Positions 39,385 through 52,570 of a stretch of 64,000 bases of DNA are shown piece after piece. The notes under the pieces are model-generated. The model made no database searches, was not told where the DNA came from, and saw only the letters and a list, made by a program, of their open reading frames with translations. Position numbers and translations under genes: made by a program. Origin of the DNA: Paraspadella gotoi (lineage: Eukaryota; Animalia; Chaetognatha); contig CM119265.1 in assembly GCA_051294375.1 (NCBI GenBank), positions 11,781,818 to 11,845,817 of the forward strand. Reading direction: 5' to 3'. Position 1 is the first letter of the stretch; each line of letters begins with the position of its first letter.

Positions 39385-42227
39385 TTACGCCTTCCCTTTG
39401 TAAGGAACGACCGCGACGACGATGATGGCGACGAGCAAGATAACCATGACTATCCAAAGCCAAAAGGTTCGGTCCTTGCGGTCGACGCGTTGCACGTTTC
39501 TCGTTTCGCGAACGAGGCGCCCGCGCGTGATCTCAACGCCCTCGTGGATGTCGTCCAGCATCTCGTTTTGTGCATCGACTTCCTCGCCGATTGTCAGTCC
39601 CACATTTTTTTGGCGAGAGAGAATCTGGGAGAGCACGTCCAATCCTGCGCAACAGGAATCAATTTATTAAAGTCAATTTAGTTTGAAGCGTCATGTAATA
39701 AATACTACTTCCACTTCAATCTTTCTTTTATTATTTCAAACCTTCATCCTGTTCTCGGATAATTCGTTTTTGTTCTTGCTTCAACTCTTCGTTCGTCAGC
39801 AACGCCGTCGTGTCATCGTCGTCGTCCCAACCCACCACGTCACTTCGACGACTCGCGCTTGTTTCGAATAACGCGACGTCGCCGTGGCGAGTTCCCGAGA
39901 TGCCTGAATATATGAAATTGGTACAACCAATATAATATATATATGAATTCGGTACAACCAATATAAAAATATATTATACAGGGTAGTGAATCAAAACTTA
40001 GAATAGAATTTACCATTAGATTTAAATGGCAAAAATTTATTGAATTTTATATTATATTATATCAAAATAATCACTGATGTTTTCTCTTTCTGATAGAGGT
40101 TTTATTTTTTTTTCATACTCGAACAATACTCCATGGTACTGAAAAGAATGCAACGTTGGTTGAATTTATTTGCTCCGCGCCGGATTTCAGATTAAAACCA
40201 CTACTAAAATATGTTAACATTCCCTAGTAGTATGTTATATATTTAAGAAGGTTATTAAAAACAGGAATTACTAGTATTCTAGGACGGGAAACCAGGCACT
40301 AAATCCCAGACTATTAGAGCCATATATAAAGGTGCTGCAAGCAACAATTGTAGCATACACAAAACCAACAATATACGTGCTGGAAGCACCTTTATATGCT
40401 AAAAGGAAAATTCTAAAGAGAGCAAATGAAAAACTCAATTTAAAAATATTTACTGGGACATGTTATCTTTATTACCCGATGGCCATTAAGCTGCAGCAGT
40501 TTGAGAAGTTATTTTTATCCTTGATTATTAAAGGCAATTTTAAGCAGCTGTAAAAAAAATTTTTTTTCCTTAAGTTCACACTGTAGTGGCCCCTCTGGCT
40601 GAGTGCGATCTAATACAAAGAAATATTTGTTTTTATATGATGCTGCAGTAGATTGCATTATGCTATTAACTTGATATTTTATACATAGTCCCAACTAAAT
40701 TAATTGTTTTCATAAGCTATGTATAAAATATCAAATTAATAGCATAATGCAATCTACTGCAGCATCAGATAAAAACAAATATTTCTTTGTATTTTTGCTA
40801 TTGGGTTAAAAACCATTGCTGCAGTCTACTATAGAGTATTGAGATTCAATTTCTTGACATTTATGAAGAGGCAATACCCTTGGGTTTAATATGTATGGCT
40901 GTAACAAAGGGCTTTATCGTTTACAGCTGAAAAAAAAAGAAGAACATTTCAGATGCAGCAACATTAAAATTTTTGACTGAAGGATTTTTCGGCTTGATAA
41001 TGCGATCTGTAACAATTGAAATCATGATTAAACAAAGTAATGAAATAACGAACTGTATTGTTTGCAAACAAATATCGATTGTTTATATTTTTAAACACTT
41101 TTACAAAAGGTAAATAAGATCGACGGATTACGACGAGAGTATGTCCAACATTTTTAACTTTGCTAAGTAGGGCGTTTTAAAGGTTGGCACCCATATGACT
41201 TTTAACCAAAATATTGATAAGCTAGGATAAACCGTTTCTGAGCTATGGCTCAATCTTTCAGAAGCGTTTATGAAGAGCAGCTGTGATTCTTTTGGGTGCT
41301 GTGGCAGGTGTCGTTTTTGCAACAGTACTTATCGCATTGCATTAATAGTTAGAACAAGGTCTGGTTAAATATCTTCAATTCAATTTTTTTTATTTTAATG
41401 CACACAATACGTCATAAAGTAACAAAAAGAAGAAGTGATTGGGATATTCTAAGTTTTGATTCCGTACCCTGTATATGTGGATATGTGTATCATAGCATAG
41501 CATCAAAATATATGATTATAATTCATTTATCTTTTGTTAATCGTTCATTGATTGTTTAATTAATTAATATTGCAATTGCTTGTTGGCAAAAGCAGTTGGA
41601 ATATCTATATGCTTTCATTATTGGTTTGAACTAATTTTATAAGCAGCTTGCTAAACTGTTCTATTGCCACGTGCGTCAAGTCAACGACGATTCATATCGA
41701 TTCATATTATTTAATATTAATTAATATTAATTAATTAATTAATTCATATTAATTTTTTTACAAACCTGTTTTCAATGCCTCCTGCATTTGCTTCTCTTTT
41801 GACAACAAAGAATCGAGCATGGTTTCTCTTCTGAAATAAAAACGAATATTCGAAAAACAAATTTGATTAACTCTCTCTCTCTCTTTCCTCATACCTTTGC
41901 CACTCTCGACTGGTGACGGAAAGGGATGACTTGCCGAGATCGTTTCTCAGCCTTTCGACTTGAGAGGCGAATATGTTCATCGATCGGTTGATTTCCGTCG
42001 TTAAGCGAACGTGGCTCGAACTGTAGCGCTGAAGTCGATTACGCTCGGAAATCTGAGGAGGAACAAATCCGCGGGTCGAAGGCGGTTTCGGTTCACAAAA
42101 TTCACAATTCGATGTTTATTTTTTTCTTTTTTTCACAAACCTTGTTCATCAATTGCCGACTCTTTGCCGAGGCTGATTCGAATTCCGTCAGCCAATCGGC
42201 TTCTTCAATTTCCACGCCGATCGCCAT
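39385..42227 (-). CDS. STX8: Syntaxin-8-like Qc-SNARE; exons 42141-42227, 41895-42052, 41766-41830, 39742-39903, 39385-39644
   Basis: N-terminal DWLTEF...ISERNR helix, SNARE motif QKRIIREQDEGLDVLSQILSRQKNVGLTIGEEVDAQNEMLDD, C-terminal TM WIVMVILLVAIIVVAVV; intron phases are compatible. Confidence 0.88.
39979..41471. mobile_element. Tc1/mariner-type non-autonomous element in STX8 intron 3 (fragmented relative at ~28550-31941)
   Basis: TA|CAGGGTAGTGAATCAAAACTTAGAAT ... ATTCTAAGTTTTGATTCCGTACCCTG|TA. Confidence 0.8.
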
Positions 42228-42988
42228 TTTAGTTCTTTTGTTTCTCTAATCTCGACGCTCGGATTCGATTCAAGAAAAAACAACTAAAATACAATAATTA
42301 GCTCTTTCTTCTCGTTGCGAACCGAAACTCGGTGATTTTCAGCCTATTCCTAAGTGGCAGATTCAGTCGTTCGAACACCGTCTTCCAGAGCAGTAACAGA
42401 TATTTCATAGCTGACACACAAAACAGAACAACAACGAATGAAAACAATTGATTTTTAATTTAAAGATTTTTTTTTGTTTTGTTTCAAGTATGAATAAGAG
42501 AAAAAATGATCGAAAAAAAAAATTAAAAGAGGGAAGGATTAAAACGGCGGGGGTGGGGATATGGCGAATAAAAACAAGATTTTGAAAAAATGTTGAAAGG
42601 AATAAAAATGGTTCCCTTCTTTATTTCTTAACAAAAATTCAAAACCGAAAAGACCCATTGACTAGGTCCGCAATTTTAGAGAGAGAGAGAGAGAGAGATT
42701 GGTGTATGTTTGAGTGACAAGTATGAGTCAAAGAATAAGATGCAAGAGATAAAAGAGAATGAGCGCGATAAAGATGATAAAGAATAACGAGAGGACAATA
42801 CAGTTGATTGGGCAGTCTTTAAGCTTTCTTATATGTTATTATTGTCAAAAAGGCAAGAAAAACAAAAATGTTGAAAAAATAATCGCGAGATTATCACACG
42901 CTGGCGACAAAAAAAAAAAAAAAAACGTTTCCTCGGCGTCTCTCTTTCTCCGGTCAGGGCCACTGCGGTCACCGCCTACGCTGCCGCG

Positions 42989-45900
42989 TTACGTTTTGAT
43001 GTGTTTCATACACGTGTGCAGAATCTCGATGCCGTGCAGCTCCCGCAGTCTCTGCAGGTGGCGCGGTTCCTTCATGGCCAGTTTGGCGAGTAGAATGGCG
43101 CAGTTTTCCTGGAGACCGGCCCGTTTGGCGTCGCGGGCGAGAACGAGCAAGTGCTTGATCACGTTTGTCTTGGTCAACTTCTCCGGCACTTTGGGCACCT
43201 CGATACAGTGGCTGAGGCAGTGAGCGGCGTTGCCGATCACGTGCTCGTCGTCGTCCTTGAGGAGGAGGACGATGGAGGCGAGCGCTTTTTTGCAGGCGAC
43301 GATGTCGTCGCGGGCCGTCGGGCACTGTTGAGCGCAGACAGCCGTTACCTTTACTGACGCCTTCACCTACGAGAGAAAGTTAGAATCATAACTAATTAAC
43401 CATGTTTATAGGTCATTGAGTAATTGGCGGGGGGGGGGGGTGGACCGACGAACCGACAAAGTGGATTATAGAGTCGGAATCTGCGATAAGCAGATCCGAC
43501 TAAAAATAAATTGAAAATAAACTCATAATTCATTACTATGTTCAAAATAGACAATCCAGAAATCTCTAGCCTCAAACCTGATTCTTTGTTCCGTTTTGAA
43601 TAAATGTAACAAGCGTGGCGATGCCTCCTCTGCTGACGAAATCTTCCACGAGAAGGTCGTCCTGCGGCAAAAGTAAGCTCAGAAGCACCAAGCCGCGGGT
43701 GGACTCATGAGGTTCCTCCTCCAAGGGGGTCGTCGACGCTTCGCCAGCCGCCGCTTTCGGCGATCGACTAACGAGTCGCGGTTGATGATGCGACAAAGCA
43801 GGGGGCGCCGCCGGAGGCGGAGACGCCGCCACCGCCGCCAACACGTCTTCCGGCGCTCGGGGACTCGACGACGGTTGACGCCGAGATGAGGAAAAGGCGC
43901 TGTCCGATTTTGATTTTTTTCTCGAAGAAGGCGAAGAAGTCGACTTTGACGTTATAGATGCTGATGAAGACGCGGACTCGCCCGAAGCGGCGGTAACGGC
44001 CGAGGAGAACCCGTCCACGCCGATTAAAAACGACATGGACAACGAGGGCGCTTTAGGCTCTTGGATTTTGAGCAAGACGCAGCATTGGAAGCAAATACGG
44101 GCGGCGTATTCGAGTCGGTGCTGGGACTCGTCTTGCGAGACATTGATGAGGAACCCCAGCATGTGCAGGATGAGCTTGTGGAGGTAAGGTTTCCGGTCGA
44201 TGTTTAACGAGGCCGTCGACTGGGGAGACTTCGACAACCGGATAACATTCTTCTCCAAAAGGTCGACGCAGACGCTCCAAAGTCGTGGCCTGTGAGAAAG
44301 CTTCGACCGCAGTACCGGGTCCGTGGCCAGCACAGCCATTACGGCGAATGAGGAGGGAATGACTGGCGGATCGTCGTCGTTCACTCGTCTCGGATCTTGT
44401 TCCGCGATGTCGGGCACAACGCTCGAGAGCTCGTCGACGGCATCGATCATCGATGCCTCCGATTGGACGAGCGTCTCGAAAGCCGGCACTACCCGGGCGG
44501 TGAACTGCTCCCTCAGGTTGATCTTGAACCTTCGTTCCGTCGCCAAAAAGGTGACGACGGCCGTAGCGAAAGTAGCGCCAGGATCGGGCGTTTCTCGCGC
44601 CGTGCAAAACAACGCGCCAAGCAGCCGGGCGGCGTCGAATCGAGTGATGATAGCGTCGCGACCGGCTTCGGTCTCCGAGAGAGAATGCAGCAGCGTCAGC
44701 GCCTTTTCTTTGGTCCGGTGCGGTTGGGGAATCTCGACGCACTTGAAGACCATTGGCACAAAGGCCGGGGTGGCGCAGAGTATGCGTTGGTTCTCGACGT
44801 TGTGGTAGCAAGCGGCGGCAAAGAGATCGAAAAGCGCGTCGTGCAGCTCCGACTCTTTAGGCGACAAAACCTCCTGGGGTTTCACGAGGATGGAGCCGAT
44901 CTCCGCGTGTTTGTCGGCAGCGATGAGATCGAAGCCGCCTCGAGTACGAAAAGCGGTGGTCGCCGTCGCGTTATGGAGTTTAAGAGCAAGAAAAGTGATG
45001 CCAACCGAGTAAAAGCCAACCGATTGAGCGGGACGCCTCAGCTTATTCAAGTTGTCCTGAATATCGTCTACGATTTCCGGGCAATCGAGGGCCGTGGCAG
45101 CCGCCGCGTCGGGAGCGCCCTCGGCGGACGAATATTCAGAAGCGACGGCGCCGGTTGAGTCCGCGACGGGGGCGGCCTTCGAGGGCGATTCCGCCGTGGC
45201 TTCATCAGACAAAGATTTGGCGGTCTTGCACGGCGCTGCCGGTGAGGTTTCCGCGTCAAACGACGATTCCGCGCAAAGATCCTTATCGGGCTGCTGCTGC
45301 TCCTGCTGCTCCGCATCCTTGTGCTCGCGCTGCCGATTTTCAACGTGCAATTTCCGGGCGTCAACGACTTGCTTGAGATAAACTTTGACGGCCTTTTGCT
45401 GCTTAGGATCGATACGGATGGCCTGACGTAGAGCGGCCTCGGCAGAATTGAAGTCCTTAAGCCCCATGTAAGCCCGGCCACGATGAACAAAGGCTTTGAG
45501 GCAGTCAGGGCAGACTTTGATGGCTGCGTCGCAATCGCTCAGCGCCTCGTCGAAGCGCTCTAGCTTGATGTTGGCCTGCGCACGATTCGTCCACAAAGCT
45601 GCGCAGTCTTTTTTCGCCTCGAGCCCTTCGGAGTAGCACGCGACGGCGTGAAGATACTGACCGGCTTTGAAGTAGGTATTTCCGCGTTCGCGCCACTCGT
45701 TGGCCATCACCTCCATCACTCGCTCGCGATGACGTCGATCATCCGATGAGACTGAGTCGCCCTCCGATTCAGTGCCCTTGGACGCCGCCGCGTGCGCGAC
45801 GTCGTAGTCGAACTCGTCGTCTTCGTTGTCTTCCTCGTCGGCCGACGACTTGTTAAGCGAGCACTTGGAAAAGACGGTCCGCATGCCATCCTCATCGACG

Positions 45901-46199
45901 ACGTCTTCGGTAGCGCCTTTACGCCGACGCTTCGACTCCTCGGCCGCTTGGCTTCGAGCAAAGTTGGCGATAAAGCTGTCCGCGTCGTCGCGCAACTTGT
46001 CCATGTGCGCGCGTGAGTCGGCGGCCGCCAACTGGGAAATTAGCGTCGACACCTGATCCACGTTGCTCAGGAAGCTTTGAAAATCGGTCGCGTCCTGATT
46101 TGTCGAGGAGGCGGAGGACGACGACGACGAGTGCGAGCGCACGCGTGAGTGGACGGGCTCCGCTTTGGAGGTGGAAGACGCCTCCGACTCTGTCATCAT
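42989..46199 (-). CDS. TTC12: Tetratricopeptide repeat protein 12-like (3 TPR + armadillo-type repeats); exons 43578-46199 and 42989-43366
   Basis: TPRs (RERGNTYFKAGQYLHAVACYSEGL...LWTNRAQANIKL...KAFVHRGRAY) and C-terminus GNAAHCLSHC...ENCAILLAKLAMKEPRHLQRLRELHGIEILHTCMK typical of TTC12. Confidence 0.88.
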
Positions 46200-46630
46200 T
46201 GTCGGTCGGCGTCGATAAAAAGTAAATTTTAACTAATCTCTCGTTTTGCCGCCGGAAGTGGGTTGCGACGGTCGAAAGAAAAATGAAGCCGTTTAGGACA
46301 AGGAATGAAATCAGATCAAAGCGAGACGGACGATTAGGATGACGGGATGAACTGGATATAATTTTATCGAGTAGATGATGTCGAATTTTAAATCCATCTG
46401 AAGCGTAGTAAGAAAAACATTCAACGAGAACGCAAAAATACAAAAAAATTGGCCAACCATCGTAAAAACTAAATCCCTTAAAAGAGGACTAACCAAAGTT
46501 ACAAGTGGGTCCATAATAGATAAGACTGTCATTATCAGAAACTTATGTCAACACAAAACAAGACATGTACACTGAAAAATCTACAGAGAAGATCAAGAAT
46601 GTAAATAAGAACAGTCGCTTATAGAAAACG

Positions 46631-47380
46631 CTAATCGGTCGTCTCACGAAATTGGCGAGGGACTGGGAAGCACTCGCTGGCGAAATGCCCACGTCCGGAG
46701 CAACGAAGACATCGTCGAGACGGGCAAACTCTCTCTTTGTGCCCGTAGCCGCCGCAAATAAAACAAATGACCGGGGAGGGACAGACCCAGCTCATGTGGC
46801 CAAAGCCGAGGCAAACGTTACACACGGCGCTACTCGGCATCGGCCGCGGAGGCAGGAGCCGAGGATTTTTTTTATTTTCTTGAATGATATTCGGTGGCTT
46901 TTTAATCTTCTTTTCCTCCTCGTCATGGTCCTCCTCCGAAGACGGACTTAACTCTCCCTCTTCAACGCGACTTTCGTCGTATTTTCGTTTTGGAAATTTG
47001 GTCGATTCTATTTCAACTGACTCTTCCCTCCCGCTCTCCTCCACGGCTTCCATCTTCCAACTCGATTCTCTCGCCTCATCCGTCCTGCCTTTCGCTCCTT
47101 CCTTTCTCTTTTCCTTCTCCTTCGGGTCTCGAACTTCGCAACTCCATTCGCTTTCGTCCTCGACCTCAACTTTCACACGCAAGAGCGTTTCCTCCTCCGC
47201 GCTCGATTCACACCCTCCGAAACGCCCCCATCCCTCGTCTCTGCACGACCTCCTCGACTCCTCCTCGGCCGGCTCCGGCCATTCGCTCTCTCTCTTAATC
47301 TCGATCTCCGCCTCGACAACTTTACCGTTTCTACCTTCCAATATCAGTTCTCTACAGAATCTACCATCTTTCTCTGTCAT
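46631..47380 (-). CDS. Intronless acidic protein with three C-terminal CCHC zinc knuckles (ZCCHC/gag-like, unassigned)
   Basis: Open ORF; Glu/Lys/Arg-rich N-terminus followed by CNVCLGFGHMSWVC, CFICGGYGHKERVC and CLRCSGRGHFASEC; first ATG at 47380. Confidence 0.65.
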   Translation of the reverse strand: MTEKDGRFCRELILEGRNGKVVEAEIEIKRESEWPEPAEEESRRSCRDEGWGRFGGCESSAEEETLLRVKVEVEDESEWSCEVRDPKEKEKRKEGAKGRTDEARESSWKMEAVEESGREESVEIESTKFPKRKYDESRVEEGELSPSSEEDHDEEEKKIKKPPNIIQENKKNPRLLPPRPMPSSAVCNVCLGFGHMSWVCPSPVICFICGGYGHKERVCPSRRCLRCSGRGHFASECFPVPRQFRETTD

Positions 47381-47576
47381 CGTTATTGAACACGAAGCAA
47401 ATTCCAAGAAATCACATTCGCTTCAAGTTATTTTGAACGGTACCTTAAAAAATAAACCGAAAATAATGAGCATCGTAACAAAGAGCATTACATTACGAAT
47501 AAATCTATTTTATTTTAAGTTACGCTAATATTTTATGTCATATTAATATTTTAATTTTCCCCCTTTTTTTCATATA

Positions 47577-50500
47577 CAGAAGGCTTCATATTATAAAATG
47601 AGGTACCCTTTTTTGTGACCAGAACACGTTCCGAGAAAATTACTGGACCAAATTCATTGAAATTTGGGATGAATGATCCTTATGCGAATACAAATAGAAC
47701 TATCGAGGCGAATTTCAATATTTGACCCCTGAGCCGAGATATGAGCACCCGGAATAGTGGAGTCTCTTATGGGTCATATGACCAGGAATACTTATTCGAG
47801 GGTAACTAGCGCCAAAATTGGCACACAGGTACTTTAAACCATAAGGAATTTTTTCATCCGAGTAGACCAAAAATTCGAGATGGTCTCCTCGGATTTGTAG
47901 GATGTTGAAGTGGCTCGTCAATGCATCAAATGCAGCCAGTTTTAAATTTTTATTTGAATAAAAAATAATTATATGGCTTAAATATTTATTATGTATTAAG
48001 TATTTTTAAAAAAGTTCAATTCAAATCTGAGCATATCTTAACCTTTTTGAAGGATGTTAAAGTTGGTCGTCCACAAGAAATGCAGCCATAAGGAGTTTTC
48101 AGCTACTTTTTTATGGATTGCTACCAAACGACATAGGAAGATACTTTTTGTCATGCTCAATCAGAAAATTAAAAAAAAAAAAAAAAAAAATTGGAGTATG
48201 TTCATGACCTTTATCATGATGTTAAAATACCTCATCAACCTTTAATGCAGCCACAAACCTAAAATTAATCAATTTAAATAAAATTTGATAAATATGTTAA
48301 TTTTATTTCTTATTTTAATAATAAAAAGGATTAGCAAAATCATAGCACATTTTTACATTTTAAATGGATATTAAAGATAGTTCTTTATAAAGATATAGTA
48401 ATAATAATCTTTTAATATTTTTTTATAAATTAAATATTTTTTGTTTAATTATTATTAACAAAGTTTGATTTTATTTTTACAACGAATTTTATTGTTACAA
48501 GAGCAGACATGTTTCGGCGCACAGTACGAGCCTTCATCAGCGCACATGATTAAAAATTAAAAATTGTTTATTTAAATGGGTTACCATAATCATAATGCTC
48601 TAAAAGTTTATCAAGTTTAAATTAAGCCATTAATATGTAATAAGTTATTCTAAACTAAAGCTATAAAATGAAGTTATTCAAATCTTTTTAGTCAAAAGAA
48701 ATTAAAAAAAATTATTAAAATTAAATAGTTTTTTTAATTATGTAATTCTAAAAATATCAAAGTTTGGTAATTATGGAAATATTATTAAGATTATTATAAT
48801 AATGTATTTATAATGATATTACAGCTTAACATAAACTAAATGAAAGGCTAATGATAATACATTTGTAACAGCAAAAACTAGAGCTAAATCATTTTGCTTT
48901 CTCATTTTTACTATTTCTTAATCATTTTTAATTAATTTTGGCTGTAGTTTCATGATAATTCCATTACGAGCTTTAATTTTAGATTACTAATTTTAAAGTA
49001 GTGGTTTCCATTCTTTTGGTAACTCTCCAATGAAGTGAATCTCGTCACTTTGTCCATAATCTGGAGATGAATAATCAATAACTCATGATAACTCATAATA
49101 ACTCATGATAGCTGAAAAGGAAAGGCAATGAATAATAAATAACAATCAATGAATAATAAACAAATAGATAGGTAGAAAAATGTTTTATTTATCAATGAAT
49201 AGATATTCAAATTAATAAAAGTCCGTTGATGAATCTTCACGAAAGTTTTTTCCCGACATCCGTCAGCTCAGCTTCTTTGTAATTATCTCTAATTTTTAAT
49301 CCTGAATATATACAATTCAAATTTAAAAGCCAATTTAACTTTTACCTCTTCAAATTCTATTAAATTACCCAGCTTGATTGCTGTGATAGCTGTGGGACAT
49401 TTATTCATTAAAATATATATCCATAGCCCGCCATTTGTAATAATCTTGGTTCAACCTTCCTCATTTCTTCTATAACAAAAATATAAAGAATACTAAAATT
49501 ATTATGGATGAATAAAAAGCAATACTAATATAATTTATTCCTACCTGAATTGTCTTATAAAATTAATCATCCAATGCCTAAATCTTGTATATAAAGATCC
49601 AATGACCAAAAGAAGAAAAACAATAACTGTCATTATATATTCCAGAACATTTAAGATATCCTTTTTCTTTCACTTTTTTTTTCTTTTCCACATCTGTTTT
49701 TCATTTTCTCCTTAAAATTTTTTCCCTCCCCCATGCATCTGCATTCAATTTAATTTTTTTTTTATTTGTATTGAAACAATCTTAAGTTTTTTAACTACAA
49801 TGATGCATCATATAATAGAAAATTTGGCTTATAAATATAAACTAATCATAAGAATTTATAGTAAAGTAATTTTTTTAATTTTAAGTAAAAAAATAATAAG
49901 ACTTAATAGGTTTGGTTCCAATTAACTTTTTAAACAAATAATAAATTTGAAGCATAATTAAAAAAAATTATTATATTTATTAATAGATTGATTAATTTTA
50001 AGTTTGCAGTTGCATTAAAGGTTGACGAAGTATTTTCACATGATAAAGGTCATAAACATATTCCAATATTTTTTTTTTTTAATTTTCTGATTGAGCATGA
50101 TAAAAAGTATCTTCCTATGTCGTTTGGTAGCAATCCATATAAAAATAGCTAAAAAATCCTTATGGCTGCATTTCTTGTGGACGACCAGCTTTAACATCCT
50201 TCAAAAAGGTTAAGATATGCTCAGATTTGAATTGAACTTTTTTAAAAATACTTTATATATGATAAATATTTAAGCTATAGAATTATTTTTTATTCAAACA
50301 AAAATTTAAGAGTGGCTGCATTTGATACATTGACGAGCCACTTCAACATCCTCCAAATCCGAGGAGATCATCTCGAATTTTTGGTCTACTCGGATGAAAA
50401 AATTCCTTATGGTCTAAAATACCTGTGTACCAAATTTGGTGCGAGTTACCCCCAAATAAGTTTTTTTCCCCTAAGAGACTGAGCTAGAAGTGTCACCAAT

Positions 50501-51924
50501 ATGAGCAAAAAATGGTCAAAATTTTTTTTAAAATTTTTTAAAATTTTTTTTCAATTTTTGTTGTTTTTAACAAATTCACCGGCGTTTACTCTTCCACAAA
50601 AACATATTTATTACAACAAAAATATTTGTTTACCTTAACTTTCAGCTTCATGATCACAAGCAGTTGAAGTTAGATTTGGAATAATTTGGGAAAATTGAAA
50701 GTAAAACGATGAACCATGCATTTTCAAACCAAGCTTAATTATTGAAAATTTATTAATTTTAGTTCTAAAATATGTTTTTTTTATGTTTAAAACGTTAATG
50801 CACCCGATGCTTCTAAAAACTATTAAAAAATGAAAAAAAATCTTAAAAGCATAAGGATCGTCGCAATCGCATGAGAAAAATCTGGATTGACGACAAATTT
50901 TGATACTAAAAAAAAATAAAATTTAAAAAAAGAAAATTTATAAACAGAAAGAAAAATTATATTTTATAAATTATAAATTAAGGTTACAGTTTCTGAAAAA
51001 AAAAGAAGAAAAAAAAATTGTCATTGTCAAAAAATAAACTAATCAGCAGACGCAGCCCCTAAAAAAAATGAAATAAAAACCTGATGTTGCGATAGCAAAA
51101 TGATAACATGCACAAATGCGATGCCTAATTTTACGAGTTCAATCTTATTTCAATAAAAACGCAGTGAGAAAAAAATAAAGAAATCAAAAGGCAGCAGCAG
51201 AAGCAGCAGGAGAAAAGAGAGATAAAGAAAGAACCCCTACAGAGCCAGCTGCAGATAAAGAAATCAAAAGGCAGCAGCAGAAGCAGCAGGAGAAAAGAGA
51301 AAAGGAATAAGCCCCTGCAGAGCCAGCTGCAGACTCATTTTTTTATCATCGCAATCGCTAAGCGTTTTTTCCTTATGTAATGAATCAGTGACTAAGGAAA
51401 AGAGAGAGGGAGAGAGACATGTAATTAATTGAGAAAAGAGAGAGAGAAAGAAATATGAAAATAAAAGAGAAAATTTGTTTGTTTTGATAAAATGTAAACA
51501 AAACATATTTAATAACTGTTCAGACTCAATTTTAAGCACATCGATGATGAGAAGCTGTATATAAATTTTCAGCTTCATACACCCAAATTTAATCATAAAA
51601 AAGGCGATCTATAATTTGGAACGCCGACAACGACGAGGACGACGCCACTTATGGGCAAAAGCGATACAATATCATCGCAAACGCTAAGCGATTGCGACGA
51701 TAAAAAAAATTTTTGCCTTTTTTGGCCTCCCAGGGGTCCACCCCCAGGGCCCTGTATCTCTTGTCAGGGGTTGGAACTATCGAGGCTAATTTTGATATCC
51801 ATTTATATCGTCATTAATTCTCTAGATGTAAAATTTCATGAAATTTGATGAGGTAGTTTGGTGGGAACAGATTCTGGTCACAACAAAAGGGTATGTACCT
51901 CATGTTATAATATGAAGCCTTCTG
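47577..51924. mobile_element. TA-flanked MITE with nested insertions (long-IR element ~47761-50480; Helentron-type element ~50833-51709)
   Basis: TIR CAGAAGGCTTCATATTATAA at both ends with TA flanks; same family as the uninterrupted copy at 57544-58226; the inner element has ~480-bp inverted arms. Confidence 0.8.
48503..48543 (-). ncRNA. Minimal type I hammerhead ribozyme
   Basis: Reverse complement reads GCG-CTGATGA-a-GGCTC/GCGCC-GAAA-CATG-TC-TGC, followed by the AATAAAATTCGTTGT motif that also follows the other copies. Confidence 0.75.
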
Positions 51925-52570
51925 TACGTATGTTATTTTTCATATATGAATAATTTGAATATGCATTAGCCCGGAACAGGTTGAAAACTAGAAGTTCTCT
52001 CAAATAAATAATAGTTAAGTGACTGTTAAAGAATATGAAAATGAAAATAATTTTTAAAATTTAGCTTATTGATAAGCGCACGGAAGCAATTAAAGATTAT
52101 TTTATTATTATATAAATTTTATTAATCAAAATTTTAAAAAACTATAAAATTCAGCCAATGATAATGATGATTTTTTAAGGTTTTTTTAATTTTTAACCAA
52201 TTTATTGTCAAAATTTGAAAAAATTGTTGTACTAACTTTCATTTAACTTTTCAAGCTCTATAGGAATCCGTTCTTAAAAAATAAAATTTTAAAATTTTTT
52301 TGGTCATTTGTTATATATTAATAAATATTTAAAAGCTTCAGTGAAACAACCCAATGAACTAATTCAAAAAGTTGCATTGAAAATCGATTTAGTAGTAGAA
52401 GGGGAAAAGAAAAATTTTGTAGACAACTAGAATTTATAAAAATTGTTCAATTTTGGCCCGCCTTAATATGCATATCTGAACAGACAGAAATGATAAGTCG
52501 AAATTCAAGTTAATAACGGTACAAAAGAAACGGTCAAATAAACAAAGACGAAAACTTAAAAATAGTTTCA

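Noticed and set aside
43707-46443. Many antisense and alternate-frame ORFs
   Set aside because: Shadows of the GC-rich TTC12 exon.
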